NCBI GenBank assembly: GCA_964413715.1
Contig: CAYPSN010000004.1
Span: forward strand, 7,501 to 71,500
Direction of reading: 5' to 3'
Origin: an uncultured Candidatus Saccharibacteria bacterium
Lineage (GTDB): Bacteria > Patescibacteriota > Saccharimonadia > CAILAD01 > JADZBC01
DNA length: 64,000 nucleotides
How positions within the stretch are numbered: the first letter of the stretch is position 1; each line of letters begins with the position of its first letter. Below, piece after piece: positions 35,383-44,922 of the stretch. Position numbers and translations under genes: made by a program. The notes beneath the pieces were generated by a model. The model searched no databases. It was not told where the DNA came from and worked only from the letters and a program-made list of their open reading frames with translations.

Positions 35383-36429
35383 TTAGCTAGGAAATATCTC
35401 CATGTGGTCAGAGTAGGCACCATCGTGAGCGGCACTGTTACAGGCCAGGCGATGGTAGAAGATGTTTTGGGCTTTTGTGACGTCTGCGGCGTTGCCCTGC
35501 CAGGCCTTCATAGCGGGGTCTTGAACGGCTCGTGAGAATGAGTAGGTGATTGGCCAAGGCTGCTTGTGTTGCTGGATTAATTGGCCTATGGCGTTAAAAT
35601 TGGCGGTGGCTTGCTGCGGACTCTGTCCACCTGACAGGAATACAACAGCACCCACTTGCTTTGGCACGGCTTGATTCAAGGTTTCTAGGGTTGCATGAGC
35701 AACCTCTGTAGGAGTGGATTGCACTGAATGTTGATTGCCAGCTAACACCATACTGGTTTTGACAATGATGCCTCGTAGATCGACTTTGTAGGCTGCAACA
35801 ATGGCAAGAATAGTAGAGAGCACCTCTTTGGTCACTGATTTTGCTTGCTGCAGGCTATGAGAGCCTTCGTAGAGCACCTCAGGCTCAATAATGGGTACAA
35901 TGCCGTTGCGCTGACATATACTCGCGTAAAGGCCTAGTACGTTGCCATTGGCATGAATTGCCGCCTCGCTGGGTGTGTCGGTGCCAATTGTGAATGCGGC
36001 GCGCCACTTCGCAAAACGTGCGCCCATACGGTAGTAGTCCTTCAGCCTGTTGTCCAGATCGTCTAGTCCTTGAGTGAATGTCTCATTAGGGAAATTGGTG
36101 AGCTCTATTAGGCCTAAATCAACTTTTATACCAGGCAAGATACCCTTGTCGGCCAAGGCTTTGGTAAAAGGCCTTCCAGTTGAGTCCATTTGCTGGATTG
36201 TTTCGTCATAGAGGATAACACCACTAATGAAGTCTTCAAGTTCAGGGGTAGTAAATAGCAGCTCGCGCCATTTGCGCCGGCTTTCACTCGTGGTGGGTAT
36301 ATCGAGGCTGGCTAGGCGCTTATTGGCGCTGTTTGTGCTTTCGTCGGCAGCAAGCAGGCCCTTATTGCCATCTGTTAAGTGGTCAATGGTTGCATACAGG
36401 CGAGCGTGGTGTTGTGGGTCTACGGGCAT
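35383..36429 (-). CDS. Fructose-bisphosphate aldolase, class I
   Basis: 'GNKGLLAADESTNSANKRLASLDI' matches the class I FBA N-terminal signature (GILAADESTGT..KRL). 348 aa. Confidence 0.8.
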   Translation of the reverse strand: MPVDPQHHARLYATIDHLTDGNKGLLAADESTNSANKRLASLDIPTTSESRRKWRELLFTTPELEDFISGVILYDETIQQMDSTGRPFTKALADKGILPGIKVDLGLIELTNFPNETFTQGLDDLDNRLKDYYRMGARFAKWRAAFTIGTDTPSEAAIHANGNVLGLYASICQRNGIVPIIEPEVLYEGSHSLQQAKSVTKEVLSTILAIVAAYKVDLRGIIVKTSMVLAGNQHSVQSTPTEVAHATLETLNQAVPKQVGAVVFLSGGQSPQQATANFNAIGQLIQQHKQPWPITYSFSRAVQDPAMKAWQGNAADVTKAQNIFYHRLACNSAAHDGAYSDHMEIFPS

Positions 36430-36537
36430 ATGTTCTTCTCGAGATATATTCGCTTATAAGCATAGCATAAGGACTATCCAGATGTAAAACTATCTACATA
36501 TGTTTAATGCTAAAGCATAAAAGTTAAGTAGCAGAAC

Positions 36538-36993
36538 TTATCGGGCTTTTCCAGGTTTAATTTCGCGATCGGCATCGCGCAACATGTCTCTTTTCTTTAT
36601 GGTTTCGCGCTTATCGTGACGTTTTTTACCTCGTCCCACGCCAAGTTCAACTTTCACTAGCCCGCGCTCTACGCCGATGGCTAGCGGTACTACGCTGAGG
36701 CCTTGTGTTTTAGAACTGCTGAATATTTGATCAAGTTCTTTGCGGTGCAACAGGAGTTTACGGCTACGAACCGGGTCATAACCCTTAATATTGGCTGCAT
36801 TGCTATACAGTGTAATATGGGCATTCGTTAAGTAGGCTTCGCTGTTTTTTACACTAACGAAGCTGCCCTTGAGGCTAATATGCCCAGCTTTGACGCTCTT
36901 TACCTCGTGTCCTGACAACACAATGCCTGCGCTATAGACTTCTTTGATGACATAGTCGAAGCGTGCACGTTTGTTTTTTGCAATAATTCTCAT
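36538..36993 (-). CDS. smpB: SsrA-binding protein
   Basis: 'IAKNKRARFDY.I.E.YSAGIVL.G.EVKS.K.G..SL..S.V......AYL.NAHI..Y' is the SmpB family signature. Confidence 0.9.
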   Translation of the reverse strand: MRIIAKNKRARFDYVIKEVYSAGIVLSGHEVKSVKAGHISLKGSFVSVKNSEAYLTNAHITLYSNAANIKGYDPVRSRKLLLHRKELDQIFSSSKTQGLSVVPLAIGVERGLVKVELGVGRGKKRHDKRETIKKRDMLRDADREIKPGKAR

Positions 36994-37064
36994 GGTATTG
37001 TCTCTGTATGATTATAGCATTCTTGCTGCAGGTCTCGCTCCGAGTTGGGGTAGTAAGGTATAAT

Positions 37065-38789
37065 ATGCCCATGCAAAAAATTCGCCACCAGATAGCAGAG
37101 AAGGTGCATGTCGCCCTCCAGGCCGCTTACCCTACTGAGGGCATAACACCCGATATTGTTGAGGAGAGTATTGATTTTCCCGAACAACAGTTTGGTGATG
37201 TGGCTTCTAGTATTGCCTTACGCGTAGCCAGCATACACAAAACTAACCCACGAGAGGCGGCCGATGCTATTAAGCATGAGCTAGCAATTGACGATGTAGT
37301 GCATGAAGTCACGATTGCAGGCCCGGGCTATCTTAATTTTAGACTTCAACCTACTTATCTCTCTAGCGTGTTAGCGCAATACACCACCAAAACAGCCCCT
37401 TTGAGCGATTTTGGTGCTGGTAAGCGGGCTGTTATGGACTACTCGCATCCAAATATTGGTAAGCCGATGGGTGTTCACCATCTGCTTTCCACGATCATTG
37501 GTGACGCAATCAAGCGGACAATGCGCCAAGCAGGCTATGAGGTCATAGCTGATAACTTTATTGGAGACTTGGGCACGCAATTCGGTAAGCTGATATGGGC
37601 GGTCAAACAATGGGGCGACACTGAGGCAATTGAGGCAAACCCTATCGATGAATTACAAAAACTCTATGTAAAATTCCATATTGAAGCCGATAGCGATGTG
37701 GCCTTGGACGACGCTGGTCGGGCTGAGTATCTGAAGCTAGAGCAGGGCGACGAAGAAAATCGTCAGCTCTGGCGCAAGATAGTGGAGTGGAGCAAGGCAG
37801 AGATTCAGCCCATTTACGACGCGCTCGGGGTTGAGTTCGACTACATGCACGGCGAGAGTTTTTATGAAGAAAAAATGACATCAATCCTGAAGGCTGGCAA
37901 GGATGCTGGGGTACTAGAGGAGAGTGAAGGTGCTCTGGTGTGTTTCTCGGACAACGAAGACCAGCCACCAGCTATATTGCGCAAGAGTGACGGCGCTACA
38001 CTGTACATTACGCGCGATTTGGCACGAATTGATTACTGGGAGAAGACTTGGCAGCCGGACGTGATGCTGGTTGTTGTGGATGCTGCGCAGCAATTCGCCC
38101 AAAAACAGCTGTATGAAGTCGCACGCAAGCTTAAATTGACTGATGCTGAATTGGTACAAGTGAACTTTGGCCGCATGCGTTTCGCCGACGGCTCAATGAG
38201 TACCCGAAAGGGCAACATACTCTTACTTAAAGACCTCATTACAGAAGCCCGTACACGCGCTTTGCAGATTGTGAAAGACAATTCACGGGCAATCACTAGT
38301 GACGAACAGCAAGATGCAGCAGAGAAAATAGCTATTAGTAGTATTAAATACAACATTTTATCTCAAAATCGTCTTTCTGATATCGTTTTTGACTGGGATA
38401 CGATCTTGAAATTCGACGGCAACAGTGTTCCGTACCTTGCTTACACTGCCGCCAGAATACAATCGCTCCTTACTAAGTCAGGCGAGGACTTAACGGGCGT
38501 GAACACGCAGCAATATTCTTGGAATAATCAGGTAGAGCGTGAGCTCGTCATTCTACTTGATAATTACGATCGTGAGCTAAAACGAGCCATTCTTGAGTAT
38601 AAACCGAGTACAATTACTACATGCATCTTCTCGCTCGCTCAGCTGTACAACAATCTCTATAATAACTTCCCAATCTTAACGGCGGACGAAGCTGATAAGC
38701 AGGCACGTTTGCAACTCAGCAAGGCTGTTGGATTAACACTCAATCACGCATTTGCCTGCCTAGGCCTAGAAGTTCCGAGTAAGATGTAG
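37065..38789 (+). CDS. argS: Arginine--tRNA ligase
   Basis: Class I 'HIGH' region 'DYSHPNIGKPMGVHHLLSTIIGDAIKR' and C-terminal DALR anticodon-binding region. The start is taken at ATG 37065, preceded by 'AAGG'. The upstream M at 37008 overlaps the smpB start. Confidence 0.85.
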   Translation: MPMQKIRHQIAEKVHVALQAAYPTEGITPDIVEESIDFPEQQFGDVASSIALRVASIHKTNPREAADAIKHELAIDDVVHEVTIAGPGYLNFRLQPTYLSSVLAQYTTKTAPLSDFGAGKRAVMDYSHPNIGKPMGVHHLLSTIIGDAIKRTMRQAGYEVIADNFIGDLGTQFGKLIWAVKQWGDTEAIEANPIDELQKLYVKFHIEADSDVALDDAGRAEYLKLEQGDEENRQLWRKIVEWSKAEIQPIYDALGVEFDYMHGESFYEEKMTSILKAGKDAGVLEESEGALVCFSDNEDQPPAILRKSDGATLYITRDLARIDYWEKTWQPDVMLVVVDAAQQFAQKQLYEVARKLKLTDAELVQVNFGRMRFADGSMSTRKGNILLLKDLITEARTRALQIVKDNSRAITSDEQQDAAEKIAISSIKYNILSQNRLSDIVFDWDTILKFDGNSVPYLAYTAARIQSLLTKSGEDLTGVNTQQYSWNNQVERELVILLDNYDRELKRAILEYKPSTITTCIFSLAQLYNNLYNNFPILTADEADKQARLQLSKAVGLTLNHAFACLGLEVPSKM

Positions 38790-38795
38790 TGAACT

Positions 38796-40856
38796 CTACT
38801 GGAGTTTGCTCGTAAGAATCCTTTGACCGCTCAGTAAGTACGCAGTATTGTCTTTAACTATGAAAGAAGTAGTCTTCGTGGAGCTTGGCAAGGCAAACTC
38901 TTTCGTAAACTTTGGCGTATCATCACCGATGTCGAGCGACACAATGCCTTGCTTGCTGTTCGTTAGCGCATAGAGCGTATCGTTGCTGCCGAGGGCAAGC
39001 AGCGTGAGTCCTGCAATTGAACGGGGTAGCTTGCTGACAGCTATGCTCTCACCAATACCATTGCTAAATAGTTTTAAATCTCTCGAAGCATTGGCTACTA
39101 GGATTGATCCGTTGACGGCTAAGCCGGTGGCCGAGCTAATACTGACGTCATTGGATCGCTTGATGTAGCTTGAGCTGGCGCTGAAACCAACCGAAGTGGG
39201 GCTGTGACGATATATTTGATTATTTTCAGGAGAGAGTATGTAGAGATTGCCAATGTAACTGGCGATGGCGTTTCCATTTGACCAATCACCGGCACTAAGC
39301 TGCACCTGCTTAAGGCTTTTGCCTGGGCTATACTGCCATACGCTTGGCTCTGAAGTTAATATATAGAGTGTCGAGCCACTTGATGAGGTGGTGGCTGCAA
39401 CTGCTTTCTTGAGCGACGAGTCTTTTGCTACCTGAGTGTAGGACTTTTTGGCAGTATCAATCTGATATAGACTGCCGGAATTAGTATCAACGGAGTAGAG
39501 TCGGTCGTCAATTTGCGTTATAAAATTTGCTTTAAAACCTGAAATCGATGAGAAATCTACAACAACATCGGGTTTAAGCCTGGTGATGTTGTTCAGTTTA
39601 TCTTCGATATCGCTCAAGCGTTGATTGAGATTATCAAGACTTGCAGCTTGCTGCGAGGCCAGGTAGGTATCGTCTTTTTTGACGCGAGCAATCTGGGCTG
39701 GTGTGTATTCTTTGCGTATGTAGGCGATTTTCGTCTTTGCTGCAGCGACTGAAGCCTGACTTGGTTCTGACTTGCCAAGGCTCAGTTGAGCTTCGGCGCT
39801 TTCAGTAAGGGCAATAGCCTCCTTATAGGAGGTTACGAGGTTCTTGCGATTGTAATTATTGTTTGAAGCAAACATATAGCCGCCAATTAGGACAGCAACA
39901 ATCGTGAGCGCAATAATCAAGGCACGCTTTGGATTTGGGTTAATATGATTGGTCCAGAGCTTGTTCCAGAAGTTTTTACTCTTGTCCTTCACGCCTGGTG
40001 CTAACGAATGTTTCACCCAATGATGACCTCGCCCTAAAGTAGTCTTCAGGCTACCAGCAGCTTTGCTGGCTGTAGGGGCTAGGGCTCCTTTGAGGCTATC
40101 AATTTTTGTCTTTGGTTTGCCTACCATGGCAGTTTCGGGTTCGTGTTCTAGGGGTTGATCGGCTGCGCTATCCCAGTTCGTTAGCTCTACCGCTAGGGCG
40201 GCACAGCGGGCGGCGTTTTGGTCGTTTTTCAGAAGAGCTTTGAGCTTTTGGGCGGTGGAAGTTGGGGAGTTGTCTTGAATAATGCTATTAAGTGTATTCG
40301 TTTCAAACTCAAACATAACTGCTGGAGTAGCAAAAAACAGCTTGTCGGCCTCGTGGAGGCTGCCTTCGGCTACACCCTGAAATACTTTCGCTTGATTCTT
40401 GCTGTCAAAGAGCCCGCTTGCTAGGTCAATGATGGATTTTTTGCGATACAATCGCGCATGGGCTTTGCCACAGGAGGTAAGATAGAGCTCAGACTGGTTG
40501 ATGACGGCGATTACGGCATGGATGTCGCTAAGCTGTTTCCCATGGTGCGATGCCTTAAGCTGCGTTATCTGCTTGTTAAGTACTGCAATGGCTTTTTCAA
40601 ACCGGTTCTCTGCTTCAGCTGTGTATTTTTTATTGTAATATTCCTCGCCAATCGTTCTGATTACCATATCGACAACTTGACTAGCCAGACTGTCCTTGGC
40701 CAGCACTTCAATAACGATATAGAGGCTGCCTAGCTGGTTGTCTTGCTCGATTGGTGGCTCAAAGTGGTAGGAGAAGGCGAGACCAGGGGTGGTGCTTGGC
40801 TGTGATGCCGTGTATGGCAAAAGCTTGCCGACTCGGTGGAGAAAAAGAGGATTCAT
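38796..40856 (-). CDS. Hypothetical bitopic membrane protein: a cytoplasmic N-terminal domain of about 330 aa, one TM, and an extracellular C-terminal beta-rich (propeller-like) domain of about 340 aa
   Basis: Central TM 'ALIIALTIVAVLIGGYMFA'. C-terminal repeats such as 'LYSVDTNSGSLYQID', 'LYILTSEPSVWQYS', 'LYILSPENNQIYRHS'. No family recognised. Confidence 0.4.
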   Translation of the reverse strand: MNPLFLHRVGKLLPYTASQPSTTPGLAFSYHFEPPIEQDNQLGSLYIVIEVLAKDSLASQVVDMVIRTIGEEYYNKKYTAEAENRFEKAIAVLNKQITQLKASHHGKQLSDIHAVIAVINQSELYLTSCGKAHARLYRKKSIIDLASGLFDSKNQAKVFQGVAEGSLHEADKLFFATPAVMFEFETNTLNSIIQDNSPTSTAQKLKALLKNDQNAARCAALAVELTNWDSAADQPLEHEPETAMVGKPKTKIDSLKGALAPTASKAAGSLKTTLGRGHHWVKHSLAPGVKDKSKNFWNKLWTNHINPNPKRALIIALTIVAVLIGGYMFASNNNYNRKNLVTSYKEAIALTESAEAQLSLGKSEPSQASVAAAKTKIAYIRKEYTPAQIARVKKDDTYLASQQAASLDNLNQRLSDIEDKLNNITRLKPDVVVDFSSISGFKANFITQIDDRLYSVDTNSGSLYQIDTAKKSYTQVAKDSSLKKAVAATTSSSGSTLYILTSEPSVWQYSPGKSLKQVQLSAGDWSNGNAIASYIGNLYILSPENNQIYRHSPTSVGFSASSSYIKRSNDVSISSATGLAVNGSILVANASRDLKLFSNGIGESIAVSKLPRSIAGLTLLALGSNDTLYALTNSKQGIVSLDIGDDTPKFTKEFALPSSTKTTSFIVKDNTAYLLSGQRILTSKLQ

Positions 40857-40961
40857 ATCTTGGATTATCTTAAAGCTTAAGCTATAGCAGTAGCATACCA
40901 TTTTTTACAGTGCTTAACCAGGTAGACGCTGATATAATAATAGGTATGAAGAGGGTGGAGA

Positions 40962-43808
40962 ATGAGTGAGCACACCAGCGGCTTAAATAAGAATCAAGCA
41001 AAGGCCGTTATGCATAATAAAGGGCCGGCTTTAGTTGTGGCAGGTGCGGGTACGGGCAAGACCACTGTGATTACTCGGCGCATCGCCTGGCTTATCGGCA
41101 GTGGAAAGGCGAAGCCTGAGGAGATTTTGGCACTTACATTCACCGATAAGGCCGCACGCGAGATGGAGGAGCGTGTAGACCATCTTTTACCCTATGGAGT
41201 GGTTAGCACCAACATCATGACGTTTCATGCCTTGGGGGATCAGATTCTGCGCGACCAGGCTCTGGAAATTGGTATATCGACTGATTTTAAAGTCATGAGT
41301 GGGTTCCAGCAGCTTATTTTTCTGCAAGAAATCCTGCCAGACATGGAGCTTGATTACTATGCGCCACTTGGGAATCCTTTTCAGTTCCTAGAGGCACTTA
41401 TGCAACACTTTTCGCGGCTGAAAGATGAGTGTATTAGCCCTGATATTTACCAGCAATTTGCCCATTCGCTGCTAAGTAAGGCGGTGAGTGAGCAGGAGCG
41501 CGATGAGGCGAACCGAGTGAGTGAATTGGCGCGCGCCTACGCCGTCTATACGCAGTTGGCGCGCGAACAGGCGAGGCTTGATTTTGGTGATCAAATTAGC
41601 CTGACCATCGAGCTCTTTAAAAAGCGGCCAAACTTACTCAAAAAGTACCAAGATACCTTCAAATACATAATGGTTGACGAGTTTCAAGACACAAATTACG
41701 CACAAAACGAGCTAATAAAAATGTTGTCAAAAAGTCATCAAAACATTATGGTTGTAGGTGATGATGACCAGTCAATTTATCGTTTTCGAGGTGCTGCAAT
41801 TACTAATATTCTGCAGTTTAAGCAACATTATCCAAAAACCAAGCAAATTGTGCTGAATGAGAACTATCGATCCTCGCAAGAGGTCCTGGATGCGAGCTAT
41901 AGGTTGATTCGGCACAACGATCCAGATCGTCTTGAGGTGAAAAACAATATTGATAAGCGCCTGGTAGGCTTTAGCAATGGCCCTACACCAGAACTTATTC
42001 AGGCTACGACGCTACCCGAGGAAATGCAGGCTGTAGCTCGAAAGATAGCCGAGTTGATCGATCAGGGTGCACAGCCCAAGGATATTGCGGTTTTACTACG
42101 CAAAAACAGCCAAGCGCAGGCAATAATGCTGGCTCTAGAATCAGAAGGGGTAGCTGCAGAATCGTCTCAGAGAGCCAGCCTGTTTGATCAGGCAGAGATT
42201 AAAGCGCTCCTTAATTTTATAGCTGTTATTAATGACCCGAACGATTCTGGCGCCCTATATGGTTTGTTAGCGGGTGACATGTATCGCTTAACGCTCAATT
42301 CCTTGGCCGATGTAAGCTCAGCTGCCCATCGTGAACGGGTTAGCCTTGAAGCTCATCTGAAGTCTTTGGGAGAGAAACATCCAACGGTTCTGGATGTGCT
42401 CACGGCAATTGATGCCTATAGGGACTTTGCTTCCGAGCTGACAGCTGGCCAATTGCTGTATAAGTTCATTCACGACCAGGGATATTTGGCTTCACTGCTG
42501 TCTGCCGCCGAACAGAGCAGTGAGGCAGTCAGGAAAATCCAGAACATAGCTCACTTTTTTGGCATAATTCGTGAATTCGAGGGTACAAGCATAGACCCCA
42601 CGGTCTATCATTTCTGGAACTATGTCTCGAAAATGAAGGCCGCCGAATCAGATATCTTGGCAGAAGAATCGCCGCTAGACCAGAATGTTGTAAAAATCAT
42701 GACAGTTCATAAGGCTAAGGGCTTGGAATTTGATTCGGTCTTTGTGATTGGCCTGGTAAGTGATGTTTTTCCTTCTCGAAGAATGAGCGAAAAAATCAGT
42801 ATTCCAGATGGGCTTATCAAGGTTGACTCTTCGAGAGAGTGGCATGTAGCCGAGGAGAGGAGATTGTTTTATGTAGCGATGACGCGAGCGCGCAAAAACC
42901 TATTTTTAAGCTGCTCGTTCGATCATGGCGGTGCTCGCTTGCGCAAAATATCGCCATTTGTTAGCGAAGCACTTGGTGATGTTACGCCAATTGAGCTATC
43001 TACGAAAACTGGCTCACTGGAGCTTATTGGGCAATTTGCCCCGACGCAAGCGCAAAAGTCCTCCTATGATGGTGTGGCACACCTGTACGATGGCGAGTGG
43101 CTGAATTTAACGCCACATCAAATAGATGATTACCTGCGCGACCCAGAAAAGTTTTGGCTCTTTCATGTTCTGAGGCTACCGCAAGGTCCGTTTCATGCCC
43201 TAGCGTATGGTTCGGCGATTCACCATGCGATCGAGTTCTATTATCGCAATAAGTTAGCTGGGCATACTCCGTCGCTCAAGGACGTACAACAAGCTTTTGA
43301 GGATGGGTGGCGCAGTGAAGGCTTTGTTTCTAAGCTGCACGAGCAGCAGCGTTTAACGAGAGGTCGCGAGGTGGTAAAGGAATTTTTGGCTCGCCATGGT
43401 GATTCTCCGCTGCCTAAGCTTGTAGAGCAACCCTTCAGCTTGCTGCTGCCCGAGTATAAAGTGCGGATTTCGGGGCGCTACGATGCTGTCTTCGGAGTTG
43501 AAGAAGCGCAAGGCGCCGTTGAGATACGTGATTTTAAGACCTCGCAGGTCAAAGACGAAGCGGCCGCCAAGCGCAAGCTGAAAGAAAATATTCAGCTGCC
43601 GATATATGCTTTGGCTTGGGAGAGAACTGCTAAGACTCCTGTAGCCCGAGTGGCGCTTGATTTCGTTGAGCCAGGCATTGTGGTTAGCCAATCCGACATT
43701 GATCATGCCAAAACCCTAGAGCAAATTAAGAAAGTGGCTGATGGCATAGCCAGGCGAGATTTTAGGGGCGGCAAAAATTCCATCTACAGGGTACAGCAGC
43801 CCTGGTAA
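40962..43808 (+). CDS. UvrD/PcrA/AddA-like superfamily I DNA helicase with a C-terminal PD-(D/E)xK (RecB-type) nuclease domain
   Basis: 'LNKNQAKAV....GPALVVAGAGTGKTTVI' (motif I), 'DEFQDTN' (motif II), and C-terminal 'RYDAVFG...VEIRDFKTSQ...QLPIYALAW' nuclease motifs. Confidence 0.75.
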   Translation: MSEHTSGLNKNQAKAVMHNKGPALVVAGAGTGKTTVITRRIAWLIGSGKAKPEEILALTFTDKAAREMEERVDHLLPYGVVSTNIMTFHALGDQILRDQALEIGISTDFKVMSGFQQLIFLQEILPDMELDYYAPLGNPFQFLEALMQHFSRLKDECISPDIYQQFAHSLLSKAVSEQERDEANRVSELARAYAVYTQLAREQARLDFGDQISLTIELFKKRPNLLKKYQDTFKYIMVDEFQDTNYAQNELIKMLSKSHQNIMVVGDDDQSIYRFRGAAITNILQFKQHYPKTKQIVLNENYRSSQEVLDASYRLIRHNDPDRLEVKNNIDKRLVGFSNGPTPELIQATTLPEEMQAVARKIAELIDQGAQPKDIAVLLRKNSQAQAIMLALESEGVAAESSQRASLFDQAEIKALLNFIAVINDPNDSGALYGLLAGDMYRLTLNSLADVSSAAHRERVSLEAHLKSLGEKHPTVLDVLTAIDAYRDFASELTAGQLLYKFIHDQGYLASLLSAAEQSSEAVRKIQNIAHFFGIIREFEGTSIDPTVYHFWNYVSKMKAAESDILAEESPLDQNVVKIMTVHKAKGLEFDSVFVIGLVSDVFPSRRMSEKISIPDGLIKVDSSREWHVAEERRLFYVAMTRARKNLFLSCSFDHGGARLRKISPFVSEALGDVTPIELSTKTGSLELIGQFAPTQAQKSSYDGVAHLYDGEWLNLTPHQIDDYLRDPEKFWLFHVLRLPQGPFHALAYGSAIHHAIEFYYRNKLAGHTPSLKDVQQAFEDGWRSEGFVSKLHEQQRLTRGREVVKEFLARHGDSPLPKLVEQPFSLLLPEYKVRISGRYDAVFGVEEAQGAVEIRDFKTSQVKDEAAAKRKLKENIQLPIYALAWERTAKTPVARVALDFVEPGIVVSQSDIDHAKTLEQIKKVADGIARRDFRGGKNSIYRVQQPW

Positions 43809-43836
43809 TTCTGGTTCGCGCTGTTATACTTATGGC

Positions 43837-44352
43837 ATGAGTGGCAAGCGCTATCTGAGCTATCGAGACCAAGAATGGCTAGAGAACATGCTAGCAGAGG
43901 TTTGGTATGCTCATTTCGAAGACGTGCCACAGAGAAACGAAGTTCGTATCGTCTATGGCAGGAAGGCGAGGCGGCGGTTAGGTTCGATTGGTTGGGATAA
44001 GCACGACAAGAGCATTAGTGTAATCACTATTAACCCAATATTCCAAGACCTAGAAGTTCCAGAATACGTTGTAAAAGCAACAATTGTTCATGAAATGACA
44101 CACTATGCCCATGGCTTTAATTCTCCACTTGAACAAAAGCACAAACATCCGCACAGTGGCGGGGTAATTCGCCGAGAGTTTGCCGAAAGAGGGCTCGAGC
44201 AGTTGTTTTTGGATCAGCAGGCTTGGCTGCAGGAACATTGGGTGGAGATCCTGATAAAGCATTATCCAAACGAGCGATTCGTTGCGCGACCAACTAATGG
44301 TGGCCGCCGACCATCTGAGCCGATGCCATGGTGGATGGGTGGTTTACGCTAA
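43837..44352 (+). CDS. SprT/DUF45-like putative zinc metalloprotease
   Basis: 'ATIVHEMTHYAHG' HExxH motif in a protein of about 170 aa with an SprT-like layout. Confidence 0.45.
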   Translation: MSGKRYLSYRDQEWLENMLAEVWYAHFEDVPQRNEVRIVYGRKARRRLGSIGWDKHDKSISVITINPIFQDLEVPEYVVKATIVHEMTHYAHGFNSPLEQKHKHPHSGGVIRREFAERGLEQLFLDQQAWLQEHWVEILIKHYPNERFVARPTNGGRRPSEPMPWWMGGLR

Positions 44353-44464
44353 AGCTTGTAAAATTATGTAAAATGTGCTAGAGTATCACTACTGTTCTTG
44401 CAGTAACTTTGGTGCATCCCGCGCCGAAGAGGACCTATCCGCTACGGCGGGAAAGAAGGTTAGG

Positions 44465-44803
44465 ATGGCTACCATCACGGCAACTTGCAGTGACTGCGGG
44501 GATGTCGAACTGACCAGTGCAGACGTCACCGTACGTGTCTGCAGTGCCAACTCGGCAGGGAGCTACAGCTTCGCATGCCCCACTTGTGGACGTCTCGTGG
44601 TCAAGTCCGCAGAGCCACGCATCGTGGAACTGCTGGTGACGTCAGGTGTCCGTCTGGTCACCTGGCATCTCCCCGACGAGATGTATGAGGCCTTCGGTCG
44701 AGAAGGCGATCCAGAAATCGATCACGATGACCTGCTGGACTTCCATGCACTCCTGCAGCGTGACGACTGGATCGATGTGCTGCGCAGGATGACGCCTGGC
44801 TGA
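44465..44803 (+). CDS. GC-rich small CxxC...CxxC zinc-ribbon protein of apparently foreign (high-GC Gram-positive-like) composition
   Basis: 'MATITATCSDCGDVELTSADVTVRVCSANSAGSYSFACPTCGRLVVKSAEPRIVELLV...'. Codons are strongly GC3-biased, by eye around 60% GC against high-40s % around it. RBS 'AAGAAGG' lies 7 nt upstream. The 44375 ATG of the ORF track is probably not the start. Confidence 0.45.
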   Translation: MATITATCSDCGDVELTSADVTVRVCSANSAGSYSFACPTCGRLVVKSAEPRIVELLVTSGVRLVTWHLPDEMYEAFGREGDPEIDHDDLLDFHALLQRDDWIDVLRRMTPG

Positions 44804-44840
44804 GCTGGGCGAGAACAACAGAGGGGCGTACCTCTCACGT

Positions 44841-44875
44841 GGGCCCGATCAACTTCGATCGGGCCCCTTGCTTTG
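44841..44875 (+). terminator. GC-rich perfect 10 bp stem terminator closing the GC-rich gene
   Basis: 'gggcccgatc aacttc gatcgggccc' followed by a T-rich tract. Confidence 0.55.
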
Positions 44876-44922
44876 TAGTAATTTCGTTTTGTGTTCGTAT
44901 TGGCGTGGTGTATAATACGCTT

